A stretch of 64,000 nt of DNA from Phycisphaerales bacterium (GCA_009781185.1 WQYP01000001.1:20102-84101), one strand, 5' to 3'. Positions 1 to 10,316 are shown, counted from the stretch's first letter. Notes: a model not told the origin generated them from the sequence alone. A program made the numbers and translations.

Positions 1-549
1 ATTAGGATAAAACCCAAAAACCCCGCACCGCCCAAACGTCCCCGCCTTCCGCCCCTTATGGCTCGCCCCCAACGCCTCGCACGAATCCTCAATAAACGGA
101 ATCTCATGTCTCGCCGCCAACTGCGTCAGCTCATGCATCCCTGCGGGGTTCCCAAGCGCCTCGACCCCAAGAATCGCGCGTGTCTTGGGCGTGATCGCCT
201 TCGCCGCCAACTCCACATCAATATTCAGCGTTGTGTTCTCGATGTCCACAAACACCGGCTTCGCTCCGACCATCTTGATCGCATTGCTGCTGGCGACAAA
301 CGAAAACGGCGTCGTCACCACCTCGTCCCCCGCCCCGATTCCCATCGCCGTCAAACAGCAATGCAATCCCGCCGTCCCCGAATTCACCGCCACCGCATGA
401 TCCACCCCCAGATACCGCCGGAAGCAATCCTCAAACTCCGGCCCTTTCGGCCCCAGCGACAAATGCCGCGTCCGCAACACCTCCACCACCGCCTGAATCT
501 CCGCCTCCGTTATCTCTGGACTCGAAAGAGGAATTTGAATATCGTCCAT
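1..549 (-). CDS. DegT/DnrJ/EryC1/StrS family PLP-dependent sugar aminotransferase (5' part; runs off window)
   Basis: Manual minus-strand translation from ATG at 549: MDDIQIPLSSPEITEAEIQAVVEVL...AVAVNSGTAGLH...GDEVVTTPFSFVASSNAI...FIEDSCEALGA...GVFGFYPN. Missing from the ORF track because no stop lies in the window. Confidence 0.92.
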   Translation of the reverse strand, partial: MDDIQIPLSSPEITEAEIQAVVEVLRTRHLSLGPKGPEFEDCFRRYLGVDHAVAVNSGTAGLHCCLTAMGIGAGDEVVTTPFSFVASSNAIKMVGAKPVFVDIENTTLNIDVELAAKAITPKTRAILGVEALGNPAGMHELTQLAARHEIPFIEDSCEALGASHKGRKAGTFGRCGVFGFYPN

Positions 550-680
550 GATCGCTCCAACTTTTCTCGCTATACAATCTCGTTATTATCGGCAGAAATC
601 GGGAATCAAGTTCAATCCGTAATATTCCCAGAAAACTTCCCACACAATCGCCACACCAAGACGATAAAAATAAACGCCTA

Positions 681-720
681 AACGACTTAACGATTTAACG
701 ACTTGACGATTTAACGATTT
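681..720. repeat. 8-bp tandem repeat (AACGAYTT-like x5) in the divergent intergenic region
   Basis: aacgactt aacgattt aacgactt gacgattt aacgattt. Confidence 0.9.
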
Positions 721-735
721 GCCGAGCAACGCCTC

Positions 736-1284
736 ATGAACGTCATCCGCACTGAACTCCCTGATGTCCTGATCCTCGAGCCCAAAGTCTTCGGCGACCC
801 ACGCGGCTTCTTCCTCGAAAGCTACAACGCCCGCACCTTCGCCGAAAAAACCGGCATCCACCTCCCATTCGTCCAGGACAATCATTCCCGTTCCGCCCGC
901 GGCGTCCTCCGCGGACTTCACTACCAAATCCAACACCCCCAGGGAAAACTCCTCCGCGTCGGCGGCGGCGAAGTCTTCGACGTCGCTCTCGACATTCGCA
1001 AACACTCCCCAACCTTCGGCCACGCCGTCTGGGTCAACATCTCCGCTGAAAACAAACGCATCCTCTGGGTCCCCCCCGGCTTCGCCCACGGCTTCCTCGT
1101 CCTCTCCGAATCCGCCGACGTCTTCTACAAAACCACCGACTACTACGCCCCCGAGCACGAACGCACCATCCGCTGGAACGACCCTGAACTCGCCATCCCC
1201 TGGCCGCTCCAAGGCCTCACGCCCACCCTCAGCGCCAAAGACCAACGCGGCCTCAACCTCCGCGACGCTGAAGTCTTCCCTTAA
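736..1284 (+). CDS. rfbC: dTDP-4-dehydrorhamnose 3,5-epimerase
   Basis: EPKVFGDPRGFFLESY, QDNHSRS..GVLRGLHYQ, WVPPGFAHGF motifs. Confidence 0.97.
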   Translation: MNVIRTELPDVLILEPKVFGDPRGFFLESYNARTFAEKTGIHLPFVQDNHSRSARGVLRGLHYQIQHPQGKLLRVGGGEVFDVALDIRKHSPTFGHAVWVNISAENKRILWVPPGFAHGFLVLSESADVFYKTTDYYAPEHERTIRWNDPELAIPWPLQGLTPTLSAKDQRGLNLRDAEVFP

Positions 1285-1294
1285 ACATCGCCCG

Positions 1295-1317
1295 GTAGCG
1301 ACCCCGCTTTGCGGGGT
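1295..1317 (+). repeat. REP-like palindrome GTAGCGACCCCGCTTTGCGGGGT (copy 1 of 3)
   Basis: Identical 23-mer at 6790-6812 (+) and 12776-12798 (-); GTAG followed by hairpin ACCCCGC-TTT-GCGGGGT. Confidence 0.85.
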
Positions 1318-1509
1318 GGCAGTGGTGGGGGTGCATGCCTTCCCCCGAAAAAACATTTAGCCATTCGCCCACAGGCGAGCGTTTTTCCACGAATTTTACG
1401 AATTGAACGAATTTTACGCGTCAATCTCGCCGCATATTTGCTATCCTGAACACCGCCGCAAGACCGATAATCCATTGTTACGCATTCTCCCCCAAAGGTT
1501 TTCCCGCTC

Positions 1510-3675
1510 ATGCTCAATCGTCGCTTGGTCGTCCTTTTCGTGCTCGTTTTCCTGGGCCTTTGCGTCCTGGCGACGCGTCTGCGGACGCTGCAGTTCACAC
1601 AGGCCGACGCCATGCGGAAAGAGCTGCAGATTTCGCTCATGCAGCGGAGCCCCATTGAGACCGCCCGCGGCGCCATTTTGGACCGAAATAACATCAAAAT
1701 CGCCTATGACAAACCCTCTTATCACCTCGTCATGGACTACCGCGCCATGAATTTAGATGACGGCTGGCTGGCCCGAGCAGCATCGGATCGCCTTGAAGCG
1801 TCAGGCGAAAAATTCGCAACCCGTGCCCAGCGTAGCCAACGAATCGCCGAGCTCAAGGAAACCATCAAACGTGAAATCGACGCGATTCCCGCCGCCATCG
1901 CCCAGCGCTGCGACACCTCGGATCTGGACGATCCGTCGCCCGACGCTCCGCCGCTGGAGAAAGTGCTCGCCCGCTTCCACGCCATCCGCGAAGACATCAA
2001 CACGCTTCGCGTCAATGTCTGGGATTTCGCACTGCGGCGGGACAGGGCCAGGGATGAGGATTTCAACCGCATGCTGGAGGCGGAAAAGCTCACCCACATC
2101 ATCATCCCCCACATCACCGACGATCTGGCCTTTTATTTCATCGCCCACGCCCAGGAATACCCCGGCCTGATCGTGCGGGACTCACGTCTACGTGTTTATC
2201 CGTACAAGGATGTCGCCTGCCAGGTGATTGGCTCGCTGCGCCGCGTCAACGCGGCGGAACGGGATCGCCTGCCGTTCCGCTTCCCCAATCTTCGCTCCGA
2301 AGGCGACGAGGGCCAGCTCAACGGCTACCGCGACATCGACCTGATCGGCGACACCGGCGTCGAAGCCAAAAAAGAAGATACCCTCCACGGCCAACGCGGT
2401 TGCTGGATCATCGAACGAGGCGGCAACGTCAGCGATGATGCAGCGCCGGCCGTCGACGAAGATACCGCCAGCTCCCCGGACCGCCGGATCGACCCCAAGT
2501 TCGGCCAGGATGTACGCCTGACGCTCGACATTGCCCTGCAGCAGGACATCGAAGCCGCCCTTCACGACCCCGCCAAGCGCCTCCTCCGCGGCAAGGACGA
2601 CAAGGACCATTTCGTCGCCGTCGTGGTCTTGTCAATGGATGGACAAGTGTTGTCACTTATTTCGACGCCCGGCTACGACCTCAACGACATGGACAACATC
2701 CGCAATGATCTGAACCAGGACGAGTATCGCCGTCCGCAGGCGAATCGCGCCTTGCAAGGCTATCAGCCCGGCTCCACGATCAAACCTCTCATCGCCACCG
2801 CGGCCTTGACCGAGCACCTCGTCACGCCCCAGGAAACCATCACCTGCAACGGCTATCTTTTCCCCAATCGCCCAACCCAGTATCGCTGTTCCATCTACCT
2901 GGAATCGCACGCCACGCATGGCCCGCTGCAACTCGCCGACGCCATCGCTCAATCCTGCAACATCTATTTCTACACGCTCGGCGGGCGGCTGGGCACGGAG
3001 CGTCTCGTCTCCTGGCTTTCAGCGTTCGGCCTGGGCCGTGACAGCGGCCTCGAACTCCACGACCAGGACGGACTCCTCCCCCAACCCCGGCAAAACCCCG
3101 ACGAGGATCAATATAACGCGATCCTGATGGGCATTGGCCAGGGCCCCGTGTTCGCCACGCCGCTTCAGATGGCCAGTGCTTACGCCACGCTCTTGCGCGG
3201 CGGCCAGTGGATTCAGCCGCACATCTTCGCCGACACCGTCCCGCAGACCTCGCAAATGTTTCACATAGCCCCCGAGCATCTTGCCGCCATTCGGGAAGGC
3301 ATGCGCCGCACCGTCACCGTCGGCACTGCCAAAAAAGTCATGACCCTGCACATCCCCGTTGCCGGCAAAACCGGCACCGCCGACGTCAAACGCAAGGCCT
3401 TCGACGATGAGGGCCATCCCGTTTTCGACCCGCTGAAAAACGCCGACGGCACCCCAAAGCTCGGTCCCGACGGCCAGCCGCAATTCGCACGAGCCTTCAC
3501 CGCCGGCACCGATGCATGGTTCGTCGGCTACGTTCCCGCGGACAAACCAAAATTCGTCATCGCCGCCGTCATGGAATTTGGCGGCCACGGCGGCGCCTTC
3601 TCCGCTCCCATCGTCAAGGAAACGATTCTACAATTGGAAAAACATCGCTATCTGCCGCAGATGGACGTGCCCTGA
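1510..3675 (+). CDS. mrdA: Penicillin-binding protein 2 (class B transpeptidase)
   Basis: N-terminal TM; RGAILDRN dimerisation motif; PGSTIKP (SxxK), SCN (SxN), GKTGTA (KTG); directly upstream of rodA. Confidence 0.9.
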   Translation: MLNRRLVVLFVLVFLGLCVLATRLRTLQFTQADAMRKELQISLMQRSPIETARGAILDRNNIKIAYDKPSYHLVMDYRAMNLDDGWLARAASDRLEASGEKFATRAQRSQRIAELKETIKREIDAIPAAIAQRCDTSDLDDPSPDAPPLEKVLARFHAIREDINTLRVNVWDFALRRDRARDEDFNRMLEAEKLTHIIIPHITDDLAFYFIAHAQEYPGLIVRDSRLRVYPYKDVACQVIGSLRRVNAAERDRLPFRFPNLRSEGDEGQLNGYRDIDLIGDTGVEAKKEDTLHGQRGCWIIERGGNVSDDAAPAVDEDTASSPDRRIDPKFGQDVRLTLDIALQQDIEAALHDPAKRLLRGKDDKDHFVAVVVLSMDGQVLSLISTPGYDLNDMDNIRNDLNQDEYRRPQANRALQGYQPGSTIKPLIATAALTEHLVTPQETITCNGYLFPNRPTQYRCSIYLESHATHGPLQLADAIAQSCNIYFYTLGGRLGTERLVSWLSAFGLGRDSGLELHDQDGLLPQPRQNPDEDQYNAILMGIGQGPVFATPLQMASAYATLLRGGQWIQPHIFADTVPQTSQMFHIAPEHLAAIREGMRRTVTVGTAKKVMTLHIPVAGKTGTADVKRKAFDDEGHPVFDPLKNADGTPKLGPDGQPQFARAFTAGTDAWFVGYVPADKPKFVIAAVMEFGGHGGAFSAPIVKETILQLEKHRYLPQMDVP

Positions 3676-3678
3676 CGC

Positions 3679-4797
3679 ATGCTTAAAAAGTTCCGCGACA
3701 TTCTCTTAAAGCTCCTCACGACCCGCGTCGCATGGCCGATCGTGCTGACGGTCGGCCTCCTCTGCACGGTCTCGATCATGACCTTGGAGCTTATTTCCCC
3801 GATACGTGCGGAGCGACAGCAGATTCACGTAGCCGTCGGAGCCGCGGTCATTCTGCTGGTCCTCACAATATCCTTCCAAAACTTCGGCCGCATCGCTTTC
3901 GTCCTTTACGCCCTCTCGTTGGTCCTGCTCGTAGGCGTCCTGGGCACAGCCCCGATCAACCATGCCAGACGCTGGTTCCAACTCACCGCATCGTTTTCCA
4001 TCCAACCGTCCGAAATCGCCAAGATCGCCTACGTCCTGATGCTGGCCCGGCATCTCCGCTACAAACGGCAACTGGATTCCATCAAAGACCTGCTGACCCC
4101 TTTCCTGCTGACCCTCATCCCCTTCGCCCTGATCCTGGCCGAGCCCGACCTCGGCACAGCACTCCTGTTTCCTCTCACGCTCTACGCCATGTTAATCGCC
4201 GCCGGCGCACGCCTGCGTCACCTGCTCGCCATTGCCTTAATCGTCATCCTCGCAGCACCGGGTGCCTTCCCCTTCCTCAAACCCTATCAGCAGCAGCGTG
4301 TCATCGACTTCGGCCGATCACTGGCAGGCACAGGCAAACCGCATCCGCAGCAGGCGCAATCTCGCATGGCGGTCGCCGCCGGCGGAATCTGGGGCCTGGG
4401 TGCCGAAGGCGCCAAGTACGTCCGCCCCCGCCAATTACCCGAGGCTTACACCGACTTCATCTTCGCCGTCGTCGGCGTGCAGTGGGGCTTCGCAGGCTGC
4501 CTGCTCATCGTCGGTCTCTACCTCGCCTTCTTCGCAGCCTCCGTCGAAATCGCAGGCTCCACCAAAGACCCCTTCGGCCGCCTCATGGTCGTCGGACTCG
4601 CCTCCATGATGCTCTTCCAGGCAATGATCAACATGGGCATGACAATGGGAATCGGCCCCGTCACCGGCGTGGCACTCCCCTTCGTTTCCTACGGCGGCTC
4701 CTCGCTCCTCGCCAGCATGTTAACCGCAGGTCTGCTGCTAAACGTCTCCGTCCGCCGCCAAACCCATTCCGCCATCATGCAATACGCCCCGGCGTGA
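3679..4797 (+). CDS. rodA: SEDS family peptidoglycan glycosyltransferase RodA/FtsW
   Basis: ARRW, IQPSEIAK, EPDLGTA, LPEAYTDFIF, PVTGVALPFVSYGGSS motifs; multi-TM. Confidence 0.92.
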   Translation: MLKKFRDILLKLLTTRVAWPIVLTVGLLCTVSIMTLELISPIRAERQQIHVAVGAAVILLVLTISFQNFGRIAFVLYALSLVLLVGVLGTAPINHARRWFQLTASFSIQPSEIAKIAYVLMLARHLRYKRQLDSIKDLLTPFLLTLIPFALILAEPDLGTALLFPLTLYAMLIAAGARLRHLLAIALIVILAAPGAFPFLKPYQQQRVIDFGRSLAGTGKPHPQQAQSRMAVAAGGIWGLGAEGAKYVRPRQLPEAYTDFIFAVVGVQWGFAGCLLIVGLYLAFFAASVEIAGSTKDPFGRLMVVGLASMMLFQAMINMGMTMGIGPVTGVALPFVSYGGSSLLASMLTAGLLLNVSVRRQTHSAIMQYAPA

Positions 4798-4820
4798 ATG
4801 TAGGGCGATTCGACCATATT

Positions 4821-4894
4821 GCCCCGGCTTTAGCCGGGATTGGCTCTGATGAACCACTGGTTGATCGAAGGCCAATCCCGGCTAGAGCCGGGGC
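4821..4894. repeat. Inverted pair of REP-like palindromes between convergent genes (possible bidirectional terminator)
   Basis: gccccggctttagccgggattggc (4821-4844) and gccaatcccggctagagccggggc (4871-4894). Confidence 0.75.
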
Positions 4895-5421
4895 TATATG
4901 GATAGCATCTTCCGCAGTGCCGCACGTGCCCGATGCAGCCGCGACTCGACGGTCCCGCGTGGCAATGCAAGCACGCTTGCAATCTCGTCATAGCTCAGCC
5001 CGTCGAGTTCACGGAGGATCAGAATCGCCCGAAAATCCCCCGGCAGCCGAGCCAGCGCCGCTTGCAAATCCAGTCTCGCCTCAATCGCATCCGTATGAGA
5101 AGGCGTCAGCCGCGATGCATCATCGGAAAGCGCAAGCGAGGTCATCCCCCGCCTCCGGCGAAACAACGCCGCCTGCCGAAAAAGAATCGCATAAAGCCAT
5201 GTCTTCACGGAAGATCGCCCCTCAAAAGTCCCCACCCCCCGAAACGCCGCCAGAAAAGTCTCCTGCAAAAGATCCTCCGCATCCTGCGACCGCGGCACAA
5301 GAGTCTCCGCAAGCCGCAGCATTGCCGCCGCATGACGATCAATAAGCAAATGAAACGCCTCTCCCGCCGAGCGAGCGCCCGACTTAGCCGAGAGAATCAG
5401 TTCGTCATCAGGTATCTGCAC
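4894..5421 (-). CDS. ECF-type RNA polymerase sigma factor
   Basis: DAEDLLQETFL, FEGRSSVKTWLYAI (region 2); LSYDEIASVLALPRGTVESRLHRAR (region 4). Confidence 0.93.
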   Translation of the reverse strand: MQIPDDELILSAKSGARSAGEAFHLLIDRHAAAMLRLAETLVPRSQDAEDLLQETFLAAFRGVGTFEGRSSVKTWLYAILFRQAALFRRRRGMTSLALSDDASRLTPSHTDAIEARLDLQAALARLPGDFRAILILRELDGLSYDEIASVLALPRGTVESRLHRARAALRKMLSI

Positions 5422-5433
5422 AGGAGTCCGTGG

Positions 5434-6735
5434 TTAGTAGTTCTTCAGCTTATCGATGCACTGCCGAGCGATCTTCGCAGTTTGAGCGTCTTGATGCTTC
5501 GTCGCCTGTTCCAGCGCGGCCATAATCTCAGGTTCCTTGCGGCCGTGAATCGCGATCTCCGCAATCGCACGGTAACGCACCGCAGATTCCGTATCGCTCA
5601 CCAGCTTCGCCAGCAGCGGCGCAGACTTAGGATCCGCACTGGCCCCCAAAATCGCGGTAGCTTCGACGCGGCCAAACGGATCAGACTGCGACACCATCGC
5701 CTCAAAAAGTTTCGGATCGACCTTCTCCCCGTTGATACCGAGCCCGCGAGCCGCCCATGCCATCAGCTTCGGATCCTTTGTAGTCGCAGCAACCTTTTGA
5801 ATCGCCGCAGTCAGCCTCGCATCCTTAAGCTTCGGCCCATGATAGCACGCCACACGCGCACCAGGCCCGCCCTGCTCCACGATCTGAATCAACGGCTCAA
5901 TCGTACGCGGATCTTTCAAATCCACCAGCGTACTAACCAGCCACATCTGCCCCGCACCCGACAACGACGCATTCCCAACCAGCGAAAGCATAGGCAAAAC
6001 AGCAGGCTCCCCAATCTGCACCGCACGATCGTGCGCATTCTTCCCCGCAACCGCATCGCCCAGCAAACCGGCCGTGATCTGCTCCAGCAACGCTTTCTTC
6101 CCAGCCGCATCCAACTTCCCAAACTCCACCGGCGGCGCTTCGCCAAGGTTCATCGACACCGTCGCACTGGCCACAACAATCGGCTTTCTCTCCAACTCCT
6201 CGCCACTCTCCGACGTAAGCACCACAAACGCTTTCACTCGTACCGCCCCCGCCGCAAGTAAATCCTTCATCTTTCCCAACGGCTCGGGCGCCGAAGCAGC
6301 AGCCTTTTTAGCGCCAGCAATCGCTGACGCCGTCGGCAACCCATCGCGAATCTCAATCTCCGGAGCATAGCGGTAAGCAGCCAACAACCCCGCATCGAAC
6401 TGAATCTCCATCGTCTCTTGAGCCGCCACAATTTGCGGTGTCGCCACATGCGCCGCCGTGTAGTAAATATGATCCTTCCCCTGCGCCACCAGCAGCCAGA
6501 CGCGAACATTCTGCTTGGACAGTTCCGTACTTGCCAGATTTTTCAATTCCGCCCGCACCAGAATCGGCGCCGCAATCGCCGGCGTCCCAACAGCCGAAAT
6601 CCTCGCCTGCAAATTGCCGCTGACTTCCCCCCACCCCCCTCCTGCACTTTGAACCGGCGGCGGAGCATCCGCCAGCAGCGAGCCTGCGCACACCAAACAC
6701 CACACGCCGACAACCCGGCGAACCAAAGCGTTCAT
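5434..6735 (-). CDS. Exported HEAT-repeat protein
   Basis: Start reassigned to MNALVRR (GGAGG RBS upstream); signal-peptide-like N-terminus; C-terminal HEAT/PBS-like repeats (DPFGRVEATAILG, ESAVRYRAIAEIA). Confidence 0.75.
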   Translation of the reverse strand: MNALVRRVVGVWCLVCAGSLLADAPPPVQSAGGGWGEVSGNLQARISAVGTPAIAAPILVRAELKNLASTELSKQNVRVWLLVAQGKDHIYYTAAHVATPQIVAAQETMEIQFDAGLLAAYRYAPEIEIRDGLPTASAIAGAKKAAASAPEPLGKMKDLLAAGAVRVKAFVVLTSESGEELERKPIVVASATVSMNLGEAPPVEFGKLDAAGKKALLEQITAGLLGDAVAGKNAHDRAVQIGEPAVLPMLSLVGNASLSGAGQMWLVSTLVDLKDPRTIEPLIQIVEQGGPGARVACYHGPKLKDARLTAAIQKVAATTKDPKLMAWAARGLGINGEKVDPKLFEAMVSQSDPFGRVEATAILGASADPKSAPLLAKLVSDTESAVRYRAIAEIAIHGRKEPEIMAALEQATKHQDAQTAKIARQCIDKLKNY

Positions 6736-6789
6736 AAAACCTCCCAACACCGCCGCATCATAACAGATGTCTATTGAGTCGGCAGGCTG

Positions 6790-7036
6790 GTAGCGACCCC
6801 GCTTTGCGGGGTGTCGGTATGGTGGTAATAGCGTGGGTGCATGCCCGCAAAAGTTTAGCCGTTGATCGAAGATCAACGCTCGCTCGCCTTGGATGCGATA
6901 GGGGTGGGAGGTGGTCTGTAAACCGATGATCCGCGCAGGGCAACCGCATTTGACGTTCAGAGCCGCGACCATCAGGGAGCGACCGTGCGGCAATGCGTGA
7001 ATCACGCGGGTCGCTCCCTTACGGTCGCGGCTCTGA
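6790..7036. repeat. Composite REP/BIME-like cluster
   Basis: GTAG REP at 6790-6812; 32-bp unit 6851-6882 identical in inverse to 14681-14712; inverted pair tcagagccgcgaccatcagggagcgacc / ggtcgctcccttacggtcgcggctctga (6957-7036). Confidence 0.8.
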
Positions 7037-7132
7037 TGGTCAAATGCGTTTGCCCTGATGATCCGCGGCAAATCGGAACTATGTGGGATAAGACCCCGTG
7101 GTATACTTGAGGCATGATGAAGGAGGTGAAGC

Positions 7133-9430
7133 GTGGGAGTATTTCGGATGGTCCGGGTAATGGCCCTGGTGCTGGTGCTGTGCCTCGCGGCACGGGGTCA
7201 GGGGGAAGGGGGAGTGAAGGAAGAAAAGCAAACGAATGCCACGCGGCCGGGCGAAGTTCCAATTGCGGAGATCATTTCGCTCATCGAACAACTTGGCGAT
7301 GAGCAATATTCGCGTCGAGAAGAGGCGCAGCAGAAATTGTCGGAAATGGCGGATGCGAGAGTTTTGAACGCATTGCGTGAGGCGGCCGCGGGTGCGGATC
7401 CGGAAATCGCGGCTCGAGCGAAAAAGTTGATGGCGGAATTGCAAAGCTTTTCGCATGTGGTGGTCGATGCGCAGGGTCGGCCAATCGCGGGCGCTACCGT
7501 CAGATTGCTTTATCCGAAGGGGCAAAAACCTGTTACGCTCAAGAGCAACGGATTCGGAGGCGTGACGCTGCCGACGGAGGAAGTAACAAAAGCGGTTAGG
7601 CCACACTTTGGAGACGTGACGCGGCCGGAGGAGGCGGTTGTGCCGACGGAGTTACGCGTGTCGCATCCTCGATTTGGCGAGGCTGTTGGAGGCTTTCCTC
7701 TTCCCTTGTCTGTCGATGAAAATGGGAGAGTGGAGCAGGCGGTGCCGTTGAAAATTCGCGTGCCGTTGGTGGAGAAGGGGACGGAAGCGTATGGGCGTTC
7801 GCTTCGTGGTGTGGTGACTGGGCCGGATGGCAGGCCGATGGAAGGGGCTCGGGTTACGTGCTACACGGTTCGGACGCCGGGCGAGGGATTGATCCAATCA
7901 CATGATTCGATTCATGACGTTCTGACGGGCGCACAGGGCCGGTTCAGCATTTATGTGTCGGACGCCAATCCGCGGAACGAGCGAGGGAAGTTGATACCTG
8001 AGCGATCGCAGTTTCAGGTTGTCGTTAACGGAGCTGGGGAGGGGGCGAACGCGGATCTGTTTCCTTATGCGGCATCGTTTCCGAATGCGGAGGAGGCGAA
8101 GATTCGTCTGCCGCGGCCGGAGCTTTCGCATCAGTTTGCGTATGAAGCCCCCCCCCCCGGCGGCGGACGGCTGGGCAAGGATGATTTGCCGAATCTGTGG
8201 ATCGCTTACACGCAGCCGGATGGAACACGTGTCAGTTTGCCGAAAAAGTACCGTGAAGGCGGGAAATTGTTGCCGGGGACATACACGGCGGAATGGGCGG
8301 ACATGCGTGGAAAACGGATCGTTTACCAGCCTGTTGAGGTGAAAGCGGATAGCCCGGAGGTACTGCTGTTTCGGCTGCCTTCGCCGGTGCATTATCGTGG
8401 GCATGTCGTGGACGGTCGGGACGGCAAGCCGCTGGGCGGGGTGTTCGTGATGGGAAAAACCGGCACGATGAAAGATAACCCGGCGCTGCTCACCGACGAT
8501 CAGTGGACGGAGCTTGAGGCTCTGCCTGCCAAGCCTGCGATGGATGACGATCGGCTCAAGGCGCTCAGTCGCATCTACGCATTTGAAACCATTGTTCGCA
8601 CCGATGAGAACGGGGAGTTTGATGTCGAGCAGCCGATCGATCACAAATATTACGATGTGGCGGCGATCGCGCGTGGGCGGCTGGCGTATGCGATAAAGGT
8701 TTATAAGTATGCAGGAGGTGAGAAGCCGGAGGTGGCGATGGGCGATATGCCGTTGTTTCCGGCGGCGCGTGTCACATTGAAAATAATGCCTGCCCCAGGC
8801 TCGCGACACATGTCGGTCATGCCGGAATGGATTCTCGCCGCCGACCATCAGCCGGAATGGTTCGAGCATTTCAAGAGGGTGATGGGCAACCGCCCATACG
8901 GCTCCGAAGCGTTTATCCCTTACGGCCAGTGGCTGAAACCCAACAAGGCGGAAATGGAACCGATCCTTGTGCCGGCGGATGTGAAGCTGACGCTGAAGTT
9001 TGGAGTGCCGTACGAGGAGGGGTTGGTGCCGACGGTCTACGAGAAGCCGATCCAACTGGCTGCGGGGAAGGTGCTGGATATCGGTGAAGTGGCGTTCAAG
9101 CCGGCGATGGTGGTCAAGGTCAAAGTGGTGAACGAAGCGGGCAAAGGCGTCGAAGGGGTCGCGGTGCGGGAAAAATATGAAGATGAAAACATATGGAGCG
9201 TGGTGCACAACGCGGATCAGGAAGGATTTGTGCGGTTTTTTGTGCGGCCGAATTCGAGCGTAGAGTTTGCGCCGGATACGATGGCGGCGACGAAAGAAGA
9301 GTATGCGAATCGGCCGCGTGTGGCGTTTAAGGTGGGAGCGACGGCGCCGGCGGAGGCGCTGGTGATAACGCTCACGCCGCAACAGATTCAGACTTTGACG
9401 AAAACGGCGGGCAAGCCCGGCAACAAATAG
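7133..9430 (+). CDS. Large exported protein with carboxypeptidase-regulatory-like (Ig-like) repeats
   Basis: Signal peptide; IEQLGDEQYSRREEAQQKL HEAT-like motif; repeated VVDAQGRPIAGATV / VTGPDGRPMEGARV / VVDGRDGKPLGGV / VVNEAGKGVEGV motifs. Confidence 0.75.
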   Translation: MGVFRMVRVMALVLVLCLAARGQGEGGVKEEKQTNATRPGEVPIAEIISLIEQLGDEQYSRREEAQQKLSEMADARVLNALREAAAGADPEIAARAKKLMAELQSFSHVVVDAQGRPIAGATVRLLYPKGQKPVTLKSNGFGGVTLPTEEVTKAVRPHFGDVTRPEEAVVPTELRVSHPRFGEAVGGFPLPLSVDENGRVEQAVPLKIRVPLVEKGTEAYGRSLRGVVTGPDGRPMEGARVTCYTVRTPGEGLIQSHDSIHDVLTGAQGRFSIYVSDANPRNERGKLIPERSQFQVVVNGAGEGANADLFPYAASFPNAEEAKIRLPRPELSHQFAYEAPPPGGGRLGKDDLPNLWIAYTQPDGTRVSLPKKYREGGKLLPGTYTAEWADMRGKRIVYQPVEVKADSPEVLLFRLPSPVHYRGHVVDGRDGKPLGGVFVMGKTGTMKDNPALLTDDQWTELEALPAKPAMDDDRLKALSRIYAFETIVRTDENGEFDVEQPIDHKYYDVAAIARGRLAYAIKVYKYAGGEKPEVAMGDMPLFPAARVTLKIMPAPGSRHMSVMPEWILAADHQPEWFEHFKRVMGNRPYGSEAFIPYGQWLKPNKAEMEPILVPADVKLTLKFGVPYEEGLVPTVYEKPIQLAAGKVLDIGEVAFKPAMVVKVKVVNEAGKGVEGVAVREKYEDENIWSVVHNADQEGFVRFFVRPNSSVEFAPDTMAATKEEYANRPRVAFKVGATAPAEALVITLTPQQIQTLTKTAGKPGNK

Positions 9431-9451
9431 GTCAGAAGAATGCTGCGCCCG

Positions 9452-10249
9452 TCAGCCCCCGGCTCTACCGGGGGTTTGTTCCGCGGCTGTGAACTCCGGT
9501 TTCTCCGAGCAAATCTCCGGCAGGGCCGGGGGCTGACGATCACCGAGCAAGCGATCGGCGAGTTTGGCTTGTAAGGTCCAGCGGGTGATGAAGATGGCGA
9601 GAGCGATGCCGGCGAGGACGTCGGAGACGAAATGGGCGTGGTGCAGGATACGCTGGACAGCGGTAATGGCGGCGAGGGTGATGAACAGGATGCGGGCGCG
9701 GGGGTAGAACCATGCGAGTCCGACGGAGAGGGCGAAGGCACCGGTGGTGTGTGCGGAGGGGAATGAGCCCCAGGCGGAGCCTTTCGTCGTAAAACCCATT
9801 TGAGGGCCGCCCCATTGCCAGGAGCCATCGTGGAAGACGGCGGGTCGTGAGCGACCGCAGAAGTCTTTGAGCAGGTAGGTGATCAGGACGGTGGCGAGGC
9901 AGCCGATGGCGATGGCCAGAGCGCGGCGGCGGCCTTCGCGGTCGAGCAGAGCGACGGCGAGGATGACCAAAACCGAGCAGACCCACTGGCCCCACTGCTC
10001 GAGCATGGCAAGTTCGCGGAGAGTATCGCTGTGGAGGCGCCAGGCGCCGTCTTGAGCGATGGGATTGGCTCGGATCGCCCAGGCGGCGACAGGCTGGTCG
10101 AGCCAGAGAAGGGCGATGATGAGGAAGAAGCCAGAAGCCAGAAGCCAGAAGCCAGAAGTTTTGAATCCGAGTCCGTACCCACCCCGTGGAAGGGGTGGGC
10201 TTTCCCCCCTTCTGGCTTCTGGCTTCTGGCTTCTGGCTTCTGATGACAT
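9452..10249 (-). CDS. PAP2 family membrane phosphatase
   Basis: KDFCGRSRP, SFPSAHT, RILHHAHFVSDV catalytic motifs. Confidence 0.9.
   Translation of the reverse strand: MSSEARSQKPEARRGESPPLPRGGYGLGFKTSGFWLLASGFFLIIALLWLDQPVAAWAIRANPIAQDGAWRLHSDTLRELAMLEQWGQWVCSVLVILAVALLDREGRRRALAIAIGCLATVLITYLLKDFCGRSRPAVFHDGSWQWGGPQMGFTTKGSAWGSFPSAHTTGAFALSVGLAWFYPRARILFITLAAITAVQRILHHAHFVSDVLAGIALAIFITRWTLQAKLADRLLGDRQPPALPEICSEKPEFTAAEQTPGRAGG
10126..10241. repeat. Inverted heptamer arrays (AGAAGCC)4 ... (GGCTTCT)4 around a CCCACCCC/GGGGTGGG hairpin, inside the PAP2 gene
   Basis: Read directly from sequence; further AGAAGCC-type arrays at 10807-10839, 11992-12007 and 13477-13509. Confidence 0.9.
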
Positions 10250-10316
10250 ATAGTACGATGCTCCGGATTTAAGTTTTTATTTTAGCCATGAGAGCGGGAC
10301 AACACGAGTGATCAAT

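Noticed and set aside
58-681. 207-aa + strand ORF
   Set aside because: It is the antisense shadow of the DegT-family gene on the minus strand.
3732-6261. Long Arg/Pro-rich + ORFs (537 and 442 aa)
   Set aside because: They are alternate-frame or antisense shadows of rodA, the ECF sigma and the HEAT gene, with no motifs.
6736-7071. N-terminal extension of the HEAT-repeat ORF
   Set aside because: It runs through the REP cluster, and a better start with RBS and signal peptide lies at 6735.
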